The translations under genes were made by a program, and so were the position numbers. Below are positions 37,948-47,696 of a stretch of 64,000 nucleotides of DNA, one piece after another (position 1 is the first letter of the stretch; each line of letters starts with the position of its first letter). The notes under the pieces were generated by a model, which worked only from the letters and a program-made list of their open reading frames with translations, had not been told where the DNA came from and searched no databases. Source of the DNA: Candidatus Poribacteria bacterium (GTDB lineage Bacteria; Poribacteria; WGA-4E; WGA-3G); assembly GCA_965198235.1 (NCBI GenBank), contig OZ240248.1:4960001-5024000 (forward strand), in the 5' to 3' direction.

Positions 37948-39582
37948 ATGACAAAATATATTTTCGTAACGGGCGGGGTTATCTCAGGTATCGGCAAAGG
38001 GATCACGACCGCGTCCCTTGGTAGATTGCTTATCAACCGTGGGTTTAAGGTGATTGTTGTCAAAATCGATCCATACCTCAATGTAGATGCGGGTGTGATG
38101 AACCCGTTCCAACATGGCGAGGTTTTCGTCACCCATGATGGCGCAGAAACCGATCTGGATATAGGGAACTATGAACGGTTTCTCGGCATCGACCTAAATA
38201 AATATTCTAACTTTACTACGGGTTCTGTCTATAGTGAAGTGATTGCAAAAGAGCGGCGAGGGGACTACCTCGGTCAAACCGTGCAACTAATTCCACATAT
38301 TACTGACGAAATCAAACGCCGTATCTATCAGATAGGGAAAGATAACGAAGCCGAAATCGTCATTACGGAGATAGGCGGAACGATTGGTGACTTTGAAATG
38401 CCGCCTTTCGTTGAAGCCATCCGTCAGATGGCTGTTGAGGTTGAGCGCGAGAATACGATGTTCCTCCATGTCTCTCTCATTTATACCTTACCCAATGGCG
38501 AAAGCAAGAGCAAACCAACGCAACATAGCATCCGAAAACTCCAAGAGTTGGGTGTCCAGCCGGATCTATTGTTATGTCGCACCAGCGAGTCGCTGGATGA
38601 GGCATTTCGACAGAAAATCGCGCTCCTCTGTGGTATTAGTGAAAACTATATTTTTGAAGGATTGGACACAAAATGTGTAGATGAAATCCCCCTCAATTTT
38701 GAACGACAAGGCATGGGGCATCTTGTTCTAAAGAGACTCGGACTTGAAGCACGTCCACCGATGGATGCTGAATGGGTCGCAATGGTTGAAAAACTCAAAA
38801 ATCCGAATCGGAAAGCCAGGGTCGCTATTGTTGGAAAATACACAACCGGCAGTGATGCGTATATTAGTGTACAGGAAGCACTCAAGCATGGCGGGATTGC
38901 TAATGAAGCCTCTGTTGAAATTGAGTGGATAGAAGCTGAAGCGCTGACAGAACATCCAAACCTTGATAGTGTTTTTCAGAACGCCGACGGGATACTGGTT
39001 CCAGGCGGGTTCGGCTATCGCGGGATTGAAGGGATGCTGGTTGCCGCACGATACGCCCGTGAAAATAAGATTCCGTATTTGGGATTATGCCTTGGAATGC
39101 AGTGTCTGGTGATTGAGTTTGCTCGACACGTTGCGAAACTAAAAAAAGCAAACAGCACGGAAGTAGATAAAAAAACGCCTTACCCTGTTATAGATTTGAT
39201 GCTTAAACAGCACGCGATAGCTGACCTTGGAGCGACGATGCGCCTCGGAATTTATCCGTGTGTTCTCAAAGAAAACACCAAAAGTTATGCCGCCTATCAA
39301 CAACCAATTATTGTAGAGCGGCACCGTCATCGCTATGAATTGAATAACCAACACCGCTCACAATTAGAATCAGCGGGTCTCTGTTTTAGTGGTCTGTCAC
39401 CGGATGAGAGTCTTGTCGAAATTGCTGAGGTGACCGAACATCCCTGGATGGTAGGTTCACAATTTCATCCCGAATTTCAATCGAAACCACTTGCCCCGCA
39501 TCCGCTTTTCCGAGATTTTATCGCGGCGGTGCTCTCCTGTCAATACAAAGTTAATCACCCAGAAGAGGAAGAGGAAGAATGA
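37948..39582 (+). CDS. pyrG: CTP synthase
   Basis: FVTGGVISGIGKG, DPYLNVDAG, KSKPTQHS, GLCLGMQ, ERHRHRYE, QFHPEF. Confidence 0.98.
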   Translation: MTKYIFVTGGVISGIGKGITTASLGRLLINRGFKVIVVKIDPYLNVDAGVMNPFQHGEVFVTHDGAETDLDIGNYERFLGIDLNKYSNFTTGSVYSEVIAKERRGDYLGQTVQLIPHITDEIKRRIYQIGKDNEAEIVITEIGGTIGDFEMPPFVEAIRQMAVEVERENTMFLHVSLIYTLPNGESKSKPTQHSIRKLQELGVQPDLLLCRTSESLDEAFRQKIALLCGISENYIFEGLDTKCVDEIPLNFERQGMGHLVLKRLGLEARPPMDAEWVAMVEKLKNPNRKARVAIVGKYTTGSDAYISVQEALKHGGIANEASVEIEWIEAEALTEHPNLDSVFQNADGILVPGGFGYRGIEGMLVAARYARENKIPYLGLCLGMQCLVIEFARHVAKLKKANSTEVDKKTPYPVIDLMLKQHAIADLGATMRLGIYPCVLKENTKSYAAYQQPIIVERHRHRYELNNQHRSQLESAGLCFSGLSPDESLVEIAEVTEHPWMVGSQFHPEFQSKPLAPHPLFRDFIAAVLSCQYKVNHPEEEEEE

Positions 39583-40838
39583 ACAACACTGCTACGGTGC
39601 ACTCCCGTGCTTGGTACGGAGACGAGGAACTGACGCTGAATTTTCCGCCCGGTTGGAAAGTAGAGGTATTGGGTCCGAAAGATGCTCCTGCGCTTTCTGA
39701 TGCCCAAATTGAACGAGCATTTGCTGAACCCATCGGCACACCCCGAATTTCGGAACTGGCGAAAGGCAAGAACAGTGCCGCTATTGTCGTGGATGACTTG
39801 AGCCGTCCGACGCCTGCTGCGACAGTTATTCCATTTCTCCTGCGTGAGTTAGTTTCGGCAGGTGTCCCGAAATCCGAGATCCGATTTGTCGTCGGTGGCG
39901 GGTCACATCGTCCTCTCACTGATGAAGAGGTTGCGAAGAAGATAGGACCAGATGTTGCTGCTGAGTATGAAGCGACAAACCACAATTTTATGGGTGGCGA
40001 TTTACGTGCCTTAGGGAACCTTGATAACGGTATGCCTATCTATCTCGACCGCGTCGTTGCAGATGCGGATTTCAAGGTTTGTTTGGGTGGTATCTATCCA
40101 CACGGTTCTGTCGGCTTCGGCGGTGGTGCGAAATTGGTCGTGCCGGGTATTGCGGGTTTCGCGACGATGTTCTATTTTCATACCTTTTCACCGGGACGTG
40201 GGCACGCTGTAATTGAAAGACGGGGCAGTGAACCCGATCATCGCGATTTCTCCGAGGCGGTCGCTGCTGTTCTCGGTCTCGATGTTATCGCCAACGTTGC
40301 GCTCAATAGCCGTCGTGAAATTTGCGGGTTGTTTGTCGGTGATTTTGTGCAGGCGCACCGTAAGGGGGCACACTTCGCTTTGGACACTTACGGCACAGAG
40401 ATACCGGAGGCGAGCCGAAAAGAGACGGATCTCGTTGTGCTTAACTGCTATCCGCTTGATAGCGATCCGATTCAAACGGGCAAGGCTATGTGGGCACTAT
40501 CGCACTTTGAGAAGGCGTACAGGATGGCACTCAACCCCGCAAGTGATGGTATCTGCTACCATGGGTTGTTCGATCAGGTTGATTACGTCCGCTTCGTTCA
40601 GGAGAAGGCGGAAAGGACAGAATCTGAACTTCCTGCACCACAACTCGGAACTCAAGATCAACTGCACGTTTGGTCGGAACACTTTTTGGTAGACGATTTT
40701 TACAAGAAGCATCCCGGTGCGCTCCTCTTCCGAGATCTGGAGAAGTTGATTGCTTTGTTTGCAGAAAACCTCCCGTCACAAGCGAAGGTCGCTGTCCTAC
40801 CATCTGCGGGGATTCAGGTGTTGGCACCGGAGAAATAA
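39579..40838 (+). CDS. LarA-family (lactate racemase-like) protein
   Basis: VVDDLSRPTP, GSHRPL, PHGSVGFGGGAKLVVPGIAG, YPLD. ATGA overlap with pyrG. Confidence 0.85.
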   Translation: MNNTATVHSRAWYGDEELTLNFPPGWKVEVLGPKDAPALSDAQIERAFAEPIGTPRISELAKGKNSAAIVVDDLSRPTPAATVIPFLLRELVSAGVPKSEIRFVVGGGSHRPLTDEEVAKKIGPDVAAEYEATNHNFMGGDLRALGNLDNGMPIYLDRVVADADFKVCLGGIYPHGSVGFGGGAKLVVPGIAGFATMFYFHTFSPGRGHAVIERRGSEPDHRDFSEAVAAVLGLDVIANVALNSRREICGLFVGDFVQAHRKGAHFALDTYGTEIPEASRKETDLVVLNCYPLDSDPIQTGKAMWALSHFEKAYRMALNPASDGICYHGLFDQVDYVRFVQEKAERTESELPAPQLGTQDQLHVWSEHFLVDDFYKKHPGALLFRDLEKLIALFAENLPSQAKVAVLPSAGIQVLAPEK

Positions 40839-40844
40839 AGGCAG

Positions 40845-41381
40845 ATGCTTAAAGAAAGCACGACTATAAAATCCTTCCTCCAGAACATTAACGCCTTCCT
40901 GGGTAAGATTGAAACCGGTTTGCTGTGCCTTATTATCGCAATGATGTTAGGGCTCGCGATCCTCAAAGTCGTCATGCGCTACGTATTCAGTGCAAGTCTA
41001 TTGTGGAGCGACGTAATGCTTCAGCACCTAACCCTTTGGCTCTGCCTCTTGGGTGCTGCACTGGCTACTTGCGAAAAAAGGCACATCAGCATTGATGTGC
41101 TCAGCCGAGTCCTACCCGAAAATATCACGCGCTGGAGCAATCTTGTTGTTAATTGCCTCGCTTTAATTGTCGTTGGGATTTTAGCCTATTACGGCTTTAT
41201 CTTTCTACAGGATGAACAATTGAGCGAGGCTGTATTAATTGGAAGTGTTCCTCTATGGTGGGCGAAGTCTATTATCCCATACGGTTTTGTCCTCATCGGC
41301 ATCCATATGCTCCTTCAGATTGGCATCCATTTAACAGGGGGTAAACATGCTCCACGTACTGTCGAAGGAGAATCGGACTGA
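40845..41381 (+). CDS. TRAP transporter small permease (DctQ)
   Basis: Four TMs, VVMRY, GAALAT..RHISID. Confidence 0.88.
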   Translation: MLKESTTIKSFLQNINAFLGKIETGLLCLIIAMMLGLAILKVVMRYVFSASLLWSDVMLQHLTLWLCLLGAALATCEKRHISIDVLSRVLPENITRWSNLVVNCLALIVVGILAYYGFIFLQDEQLSEAVLIGSVPLWWAKSIIPYGFVLIGIHMLLQIGIHLTGGKHAPRTVEGESD

Positions 41382-42667
41382 TGGGCTTAATAATTGGCAT
41401 TGGATTGGTGGGATTCGCGCTTTTCGGCGGTGCACTTTTCGCCTTACTGGGTGGGGCTTCGATTATCGGATACGCTACAGCGGGCGAACCGATTTCAACA
41501 ATTCTGATCGATTTCAATCGGCTCACACGGAACTCGACTATTTTGATTATCCCGCTCTTCACTTTTGCGGGGTATATAGTCGCTGAAGGGAAGGCACCCC
41601 AACGGTTGGTTGCGTTTGCGCGCGCGAGTGTTGGTTGGCTACCGGGTGGTATTGCTGTCGTCGTGCTCTTTACGTGTGCGTTCTTTACAACTTTCACAGG
41701 TGCATCCGGCATAACGATTATCGCCCTCGGTGGATTGCTCTATCCAATTCTGCGGCAGACGTATAATGAAAGATTTTCACTCGGCTTGGTGACGGCTTCT
41801 GGGAGTATAGGGTTGTTGTTTCCTCCGAGTGTCCCACTTATCCTTTACGCGATTATCGCCCAAGTCCGTATCGACAGGATGTTCCTTGCAGGTATTTTCC
41901 CCGGGATTCTTATTCTCGTTATACTGAGCTTTTATAGTTGCGGGTGGAGTCTCTTCAAACGGACTGAGACAACTCCGTTTGATTGGAGAGTTTTCCTGCG
42001 AACGCTCTGGGAAGCGAAGTGGGAACTGCTGCTGCCGTTTATTGTGTTGGGTGGTATCGTATCCGGTAAAGTTACACTGGACGAAGCGGCTGCGCTAACA
42101 GCTATCTATGCCTGTGTCGTGGAGGTTGGCATCCACCGTTCCATTTCGTTGAGAGTGTTGCCGCGTATCGTCAAAGAGAGTACGTTGCTTGTAGGCGCAA
42201 TCCTCATCATTCTCGGTATCGCTTTAGGGTTGACAAACTACCTAATCACGCTTGACGTGCCTACGGCTGTCCTTGACTGGATTCAGTCAACAACGGAAAG
42301 CCGCGTCATCACACTTATTGGGCTCAATATTTTCCTACTGATTGTTGGGTGTCTGATGGACATCTTTTCGGCGGTGATTATTGTTGTGCCGTTGCTGCTT
42401 CCTATCGCTGAACAATTTGGTATTGACAAGGCGCATCTCGGTATTATTGTTTTAACGAACCTTGAAATCGGTTATTTGACACCGCCAGTCGGAATGAACC
42501 TGTTTATTTCAAGCATGAAGTTTGATCGGTCTGTCCTGTTGCTTTACCGCTCTGTGCTATTGTTCATTGCATTGCTGCTCGTAGCGCTCATATTGGTGAC
42601 GTATGTCCCAGAGTTGAGTCTGTGGCTACCGGAAGCTCTTGGGAAAACATCTCAACCGCTTTTGTAA
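41381..42667 (+). CDS. TRAP transporter large permease (DctM)
   Basis: IPLFTFAG, GSIGLLFPPS, GCLMD, GYLTPPVGMNLF, PELSLWLP. Confidence 0.93.
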   Translation: MGLIIGIGLVGFALFGGALFALLGGASIIGYATAGEPISTILIDFNRLTRNSTILIIPLFTFAGYIVAEGKAPQRLVAFARASVGWLPGGIAVVVLFTCAFFTTFTGASGITIIALGGLLYPILRQTYNERFSLGLVTASGSIGLLFPPSVPLILYAIIAQVRIDRMFLAGIFPGILILVILSFYSCGWSLFKRTETTPFDWRVFLRTLWEAKWELLLPFIVLGGIVSGKVTLDEAAALTAIYACVVEVGIHRSISLRVLPRIVKESTLLVGAILIILGIALGLTNYLITLDVPTAVLDWIQSTTESRVITLIGLNIFLLIVGCLMDIFSAVIIVVPLLLPIAEQFGIDKAHLGIIVLTNLEIGYLTPPVGMNLFISSMKFDRSVLLLYRSVLLFIALLLVALILVTYVPELSLWLPEALGKTSQPLL

Positions 42668-42679
42668 ATTCAGCAAAAT

Positions 42680-42714
42680 AAATAAGTCTGGTGATAGAAT
42701 CACCAGACTTATTT
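42680..42714. terminator. Perfect 16-bp hairpin between convergent genes, likely bidirectional terminator
   Basis: aaataagtctggtgat-aga-atcaccagacttattt with A/T-rich flanks. Confidence 0.65.
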
Positions 42715-42784
42715 TTAATATTTGTGCTGTAATAATACAGTTTGAATACCGGTATTCAGTAACAGGGCTGATTCAGCTGCAGAG

Positions 42785-43579
42785 TTATTTTCTTTCTTTC
42801 AGTTCACCCCATGTAACAGCCAGTTTTCCCGCCGCTTCGACATCCAAACTAATATCCATCATCTCGTTAATCTCATTTTCGTCAAGGGCACGTTGCCAAA
42901 ATGAAATCTCGTCAATAATCCCCTCAGCACCGTTTGTCATCGCGACATATTTGATCGTTTCCCAACCGAATCTCGGTTTTTCATGCAGGGCAGGGAAGCC
43001 ACCGGTAATTTTACGACTGTTCGCTGCTTCTTTACCGTCGATGTAGAGGAAGGGAACTTCACCGGCGAAATCCCATGTCACAGCACAGTGAAACCACACA
43101 TCTTTTTTGATGATGCCTGTCGGGTCGAATTCAATATCTTGCCAATCTGCGTCATCGGCGGCTTCAAAATAGAATCCGAAGTCTTCGGGGTTGATGTCAG
43201 CGTGATTCGCTCCCTTGGAGACGAAGAAGTAGATAGGTCCGAAACTGGCATCAAAGATGCGATAATCGTCGCCATCCTTGCCATCCCAATCCGGTTTGAA
43301 CCAGAAGAGCAGACTGCCTGCCTCGGTGATAACGTTGGGGACTTCCATGAAAGCCTCTGCGCCTCTCAGGGAAATTCCGGCGGCATATTTGCCTTCGCCA
43401 GCCACCCATTTTGCCGCGCCGCTAAACGCTCCATCGTTTCCGTTACCTGTACCATCAATTGCTTTGTTTCCACTACCTTCGCCGATCCACAAGAGCAGAT
43501 CCTTATCGCCGGGGATTCCTGCGAATGAAGAAGAGATGGCAAATACACTGATAAACAGAATCAAGTAAATCTGTCTCAT
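42785..43579 (-). CDS. Secreted LamG-like jellyroll protein with C-terminal KLAxTWG tail
   Basis: Signal peptide ending SFA, WFHCAVTWD, LYIDG, GIIDEISFWQRALD, ends DVEAAGKLAVTWGELKERK. Confidence 0.9.
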   Translation of the reverse strand: MRQIYLILFISVFAISSSFAGIPGDKDLLLWIGEGSGNKAIDGTGNGNDGAFSGAAKWVAGEGKYAAGISLRGAEAFMEVPNVITEAGSLLFWFKPDWDGKDGDDYRIFDASFGPIYFFVSKGANHADINPEDFGFYFEAADDADWQDIEFDPTGIIKKDVWFHCAVTWDFAGEVPFLYIDGKEAANSRKITGGFPALHEKPRFGWETIKYVAMTNGAEGIIDEISFWQRALDENEINEMMDISLDVEAAGKLAVTWGELKERK

Positions 43580-43643
43580 GACCTCTTATTAACCTCCCAA
43601 TGTTCAAATTTTGAGAGGATTGTAGCAGAAATCATAAATTAAG

Positions 43644-43901
43644 TCAATTGCTTTTCTTTCGCTCTGTGGTTTCTTGTTCAGGAGATGTCTCTGGCGCAGC
43701 TTTCTGCGTCGCTCTCACAGCTCCTGCCCCGTGTAAGAGTCGTTTTGGAACTGGTTGTGGTTGCGATGATACTGGACTTAATTTTGGACGGGGTCGAAAC
43801 TGTGGAAGCGGTCCCGGTGGCTCGTAAGTCGTATGTATTGGGCGTTGGCCTATTGAATGCCCAATGACGTGTTCTCTGTTTTCAACGGGTTGCTCTTTCA
43901 T
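43644..43901 (-). CDS. Small Pro-rich hypothetical protein
   Basis: ATGA start/stop overlap with the upstream 2TM gene. Confidence 0.55.
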   Translation of the reverse strand: MKEQPVENREHVIGHSIGQRPIHTTYEPPGPLPQFRPRPKLSPVSSQPQPVPKRLLHGAGAVRATQKAAPETSPEQETTERKKSN

Positions 43902-44428
43902 ACAATCATATCTCCCATCTGTTGGTTCAACTTTTCTTGAACCTTCTGGCGGTGTCTACGCGTCAAAAGAAAATCGTCCTTTAGCATTTGCGAACCCACC
44001 AATAACCACTCTCGGTACTGTTCAAATGTGGTTTTGAATTGCTCTAATGGGAAGTCGGGATTGGCTTCCATTTCGTAGATAAACCGCTCCAGATTGAGGC
44101 GTAAGCTCTTAAAATACTGCGCATTGTGACTCAAATCTGCGACACGGTCCGAAACCTTAAGAATAACATGCAGAAGTGCAAAAAAGGCAGCACATCCTGC
44201 GATGAGTAGCCACGTTACTTTTCCTGCTGGTGTGCCCCATGCCATCCATCCGACCATGACTGAGGCGATAGTGGCGACAGTCACGGTGCTTTTGATGACT
44301 CCGTCTACGGGTCTCCACATTTGAAGTGCTGAAGTCATGAGGCTTTCGGTGTAAGCAACGCGGTAGAAGGTTTCAAGTGATGTCTGCCAGAGAAGGTCTT
44401 TCTGATAGTCTGCAGCTGTCCTGTCCAT
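43898..44428 (-). CDS. Two-TM helical protein resembling SLATT effector domains
   Basis: Helix, two closely spaced TMs, C-terminal helical region (YFKSLRLNLERF). Start ATG 44428 after AAGGAG. Confidence 0.6.
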   Translation of the reverse strand: MDRTAADYQKDLLWQTSLETFYRVAYTESLMTSALQMWRPVDGVIKSTVTVATIASVMVGWMAWGTPAGKVTWLLIAGCAAFFALLHVILKVSDRVADLSHNAQYFKSLRLNLERFIYEMEANPDFPLEQFKTTFEQYREWLLVGSQMLKDDFLLTRRHRQKVQEKLNQQMGDMIV

Positions 44429-44678
44429 TATATGGATCTCCTTTGGGGAATGCATTCCGTTACAGTAGTAGGTACCTTGTGTGCAATCACATAGGTTTAA
44501 TATGTTATTAGGTAACGAAAGAATTAGGAATTCGGTAACAGACTTTTTAATTTTCCTTGCGGTTAAATGAAGTGGGTCAGTACATTAACACCCTTCGCTT
44601 TAGAGTCGCCCTCCATTTCATTACGGGCTTGCGATCTTGGGCCAAGAAGACAGAGGAATAGTTTCGATCAATTCACGG

Positions 44679-45821
44679 TTACACACGGTAATGCTTTAGC
44701 AGTTCCCAGTTCGGAACAAAGCCGATACCGGGGCGAGTTGGAACTGTGACATGTCCGTCGGATTCTAAAACCATCGTTGGGAGAAACATTTCGCCTCGTA
44801 ATGGGTCAACGGCGGGCGGGTAATACTCTAACATCAAACCGTTATCTCGACTTGCAGCGATATGGATTTGCAATTCTTGTGCCCCGTGCGGGGCAATTGA
44901 CTTTTCGGCTGTCAATGCTTCTTCTACGACCTGCAATGCCGGCTCATAGCCAGGGAGGATGGCGACATCCAGATTGAAAACGTCCGCGCCTTCATAATCA
45001 ATGAGGATTTGGAAATAGTGTAACCCGTATCCGTTTTCTCCGGTGGCAATTTGTATCCCATAATCTTGTGCTATTTCGCGCAGTGCCTTGTGTCCTCTGT
45101 AATCGTGGCTGTGGATTGGTTCTTCAAACCAGAAAATGTCGTTCGCCTGAAGCGCAGGAAGGCATTCGCACGCCTTTTCAACCGACCATGCACAATTCGC
45201 GTCCACCATTAGGGTTGTATCGGGACCGACGGTTTCGCGGACCGCCTCAATCCGTTTGATGTCCATTTCAAGTCCTGCCTCTGGATCCCCAATCTTCATC
45301 TTGACTGCGGTAGCATTGAATTCGTTTATGTTGCGCGCCATTTCCTCGCGAAGTTCATCAAACCCCTTACCTCTACCGTAATAGCCACCGGCAATGTATG
45401 TGCGGATACGTTCTTGCGTGCCGCCAAGTAGCGCGTGAACGGATTTTTCTTCTATTTTCCCGCGGATATCCCAACACGCTTGATTTATCGCTGCCAAAAC
45501 CTGCGTATGATAGCCGCCGGGTCCGTAGATTTTGTAGTTCTCGGCTAACCGCGAGACGTAAGCCGTATCCGTTACATCGCGCCCAATCAAGGTGGGACGG
45601 AACAAATCTACAAACATTGGGAACAGATGGAGGGGACGGGTCGCAGCGGTTCCACCATTGAAGCCGTATCCGACTAAGGTGTCAATTCCATTTTGGGCGG
45701 TAACTTTTATCAGATGGAGCCTACCTTTATCGTAGACATGCATCCCGTTCCAAATCGGTGGCTTGTCCCATTCGTAAAGTTCGCTTTCAATGGCAACGAT
45801 TTTGAAAGAGTGTGGAGGCAT
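44679..45821 (-). CDS. Mandelate racemase/muconate lactonizing enzyme family (enolase superfamily)
   Basis: CWDIRGK, KMKIG, LMVDAN, WFEEP, ATGEN, IAPH, RPGIG. Confidence 0.9.
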   Translation of the reverse strand: MPPHSFKIVAIESELYEWDKPPIWNGMHVYDKGRLHLIKVTAQNGIDTLVGYGFNGGTAATRPLHLFPMFVDLFRPTLIGRDVTDTAYVSRLAENYKIYGPGGYHTQVLAAINQACWDIRGKIEEKSVHALLGGTQERIRTYIAGGYYGRGKGFDELREEMARNINEFNATAVKMKIGDPEAGLEMDIKRIEAVRETVGPDTTLMVDANCAWSVEKACECLPALQANDIFWFEEPIHSHDYRGHKALREIAQDYGIQIATGENGYGLHYFQILIDYEGADVFNLDVAILPGYEPALQVVEEALTAEKSIAPHGAQELQIHIAASRDNGLMLEYYPPAVDPLRGEMFLPTMVLESDGHVTVPTRPGIGFVPNWELLKHYRV

Positions 45822-45827
45822 TATCTT

Positions 45828-47048
45828 TTACTGTCCCTCCGTTATTAGTGGCGGTTTTGCGGCGAAAATTGTCAAACGCAATTCCTCGTCAAATAGTTCG
45901 TATAGAGGTGTTTTTCCGCTCAGGGTTTCGCTTTCGTTCAAGATGATGCCGACACCTTCCCCTCGGCGTTCTAAAAAATGTCGTCGAGTTACCTGTCTCC
46001 GCATGTTGTCGTCGAGTGTAATTTCCGAAAGCAGGCGTGCAAGGAGTTCGTTGCGTGTAGCTTGACTGTAGCGTAGGTTGTCTACCGTCACTGTATTTGC
46101 CAATGCTCCCGGTGAATAAAGTTCCAGTCGGTCATCAAACATAAACAGCCGTATTTTTGATCCCGTTTTTGAATAATCTCTATGCACAACGGCGTTGACG
46201 ATCGCCTCAAACACGGCGCGCATGCTGTATTCGGGGTAATCTATTCTGCCGATGTCCTTTCGCGCGGCGACTGCATTGTATCTTTCAACAAATCTCATGG
46301 TATTTATGATTTGTTGGTCCAATGGTCCCTTAAAGTCCTTAGCATCAAGTTGGTAATTCGCGTCCCTTTCCTTACTGAGATAAAAAACGGCTTGGATGAA
46401 ACTGTTGTAAAGGTAGTCATCAGGGGTATCATGACACATCAAGACACCGGCTACAGAGGCACGGATTTCCTGACCTTCCTTGACGAGCAGATGTCTTTTC
46501 AGCAGTAAGTCATCTATCTCATCTTCTGTGGCACCTTCTGTGATAAATCGTTGATAGAGGTCTTTCCTTAATGTGCCTTTATGCGTGTTCGGCACGAACT
46601 GTTCATCGAAAGTGATAATACGCGCCTGCGATCGAGTTTGGAACAGCCGTGCTAACTGCTCGGTGGGCATTTCCCTTTTGCTACTTCCTTGGCGAACAAA
46701 GTAACCGTTAGAGGTTTTGTGGACAAACAGACTCCTCGGCACCTCTATTTTTAACAGATTTTTGTCATTAATCCGCAGTTTTTCTGTAAAGATGAGAACT
46801 ATCGGATCAATGCTGTCTTGGCATATTTCGACGACTGCTTTCTCCACATCACCCAGTTCTTGCCGGTCAATCCCGATGATTTCACCATCGTTATCAACTC
46901 CAATGAGGATCACCCCCCCTTTGGCGTTGGCAAAAGCGGCGATCTCGTCGGCCAGGCTATTTCTGTGCGGCAGCTCTCTTTTGAATTCAATCGTTGCATC
47001 TTCGCCGAGATATATTTTTTCTATGAGTTCAGTCAAACTGTCAAACAT
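45828..47048 (-). CDS. Schlafen/AlbA_2 domain protein with C-terminal HATPase_c_4-like domain
   Basis: GEDATIEFK, IAAFANAKGGVILIGV, EAIVNAVVHRDY, SPGAL, RNELLA, ERRGEG. Confidence 0.9.
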   Translation of the reverse strand: MFDSLTELIEKIYLGEDATIEFKRELPHRNSLADEIAAFANAKGGVILIGVDNDGEIIGIDRQELGDVEKAVVEICQDSIDPIVLIFTEKLRINDKNLLKIEVPRSLFVHKTSNGYFVRQGSSKREMPTEQLARLFQTRSQARIITFDEQFVPNTHKGTLRKDLYQRFITEGATEDEIDDLLLKRHLLVKEGQEIRASVAGVLMCHDTPDDYLYNSFIQAVFYLSKERDANYQLDAKDFKGPLDQQIINTMRFVERYNAVAARKDIGRIDYPEYSMRAVFEAIVNAVVHRDYSKTGSKIRLFMFDDRLELYSPGALANTVTVDNLRYSQATRNELLARLLSEITLDDNMRRQVTRRHFLERRGEGVGIILNESETLSGKTPLYELFDEELRLTIFAAKPPLITEGQ

Positions 47049-47110
47049 CGCTAATTATTCAGGAGTAGTGGACAATAGTGAACTATGCACCTTTAAATTG
47101 TGAGAAGAAT

Positions 47111-47171
47111 GGTTCGTAGTGAGGCGATTTATCGCCTCTATCAAGGCGCAATGAATTGCGCCACTACAAAC
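47111..47171. repeat. Inverted doublet of GTAG-type REPs
   Basis: gtagtgaggcgatttatcgcctc ... ggcgcaatgaattgcgccactac. Related doublet at 57584-57659. Confidence 0.75.
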
Positions 47172-47696
47172 AAATCCTAATTTTAGACTGGACAGTCCAG
47201 TAGTGGTTCAATTCTGGAAGACAGAATAGACGCTGAATAGAACAGCATTCTTGGGCACGAGAAAGCCTTAGTCTTGCTGGTTTGCGTATGCAATTGCAAT
47301 ATTATAACACAAAAATCGGAAATGCGTGAATCCTAATTCGTTTTTCATTTTTTTTAAGCCTTTTTTTGTGAATTCAGTCTAAGGATTCATTATTTGTACC
47401 GAGCGCACGTTTTTTACGTTAAATTCCCGTAAATTGGAAGTGTTTAGAGGAGTTTGGAATGTCGAAATTGACAAGGGAAAGTGTCGTAAAACTGGTAAAT
47501 GTGAGAAAGACTGCCCTCTACAATGCGATGGGATGTCGGCACGGTAGTATTCACTATAGACGTTCAAAGTCGGAAAATAATCGACATAGCAGCATTGCAA
47601 CGCTCCTATGGTATGCTATCAGCGCGCTTCCCAGACGAAAATAATGGAAAGAAGCGAGGTTCGGAAACCCCGCTAACAAGTAGCGCAATGGGTTTG

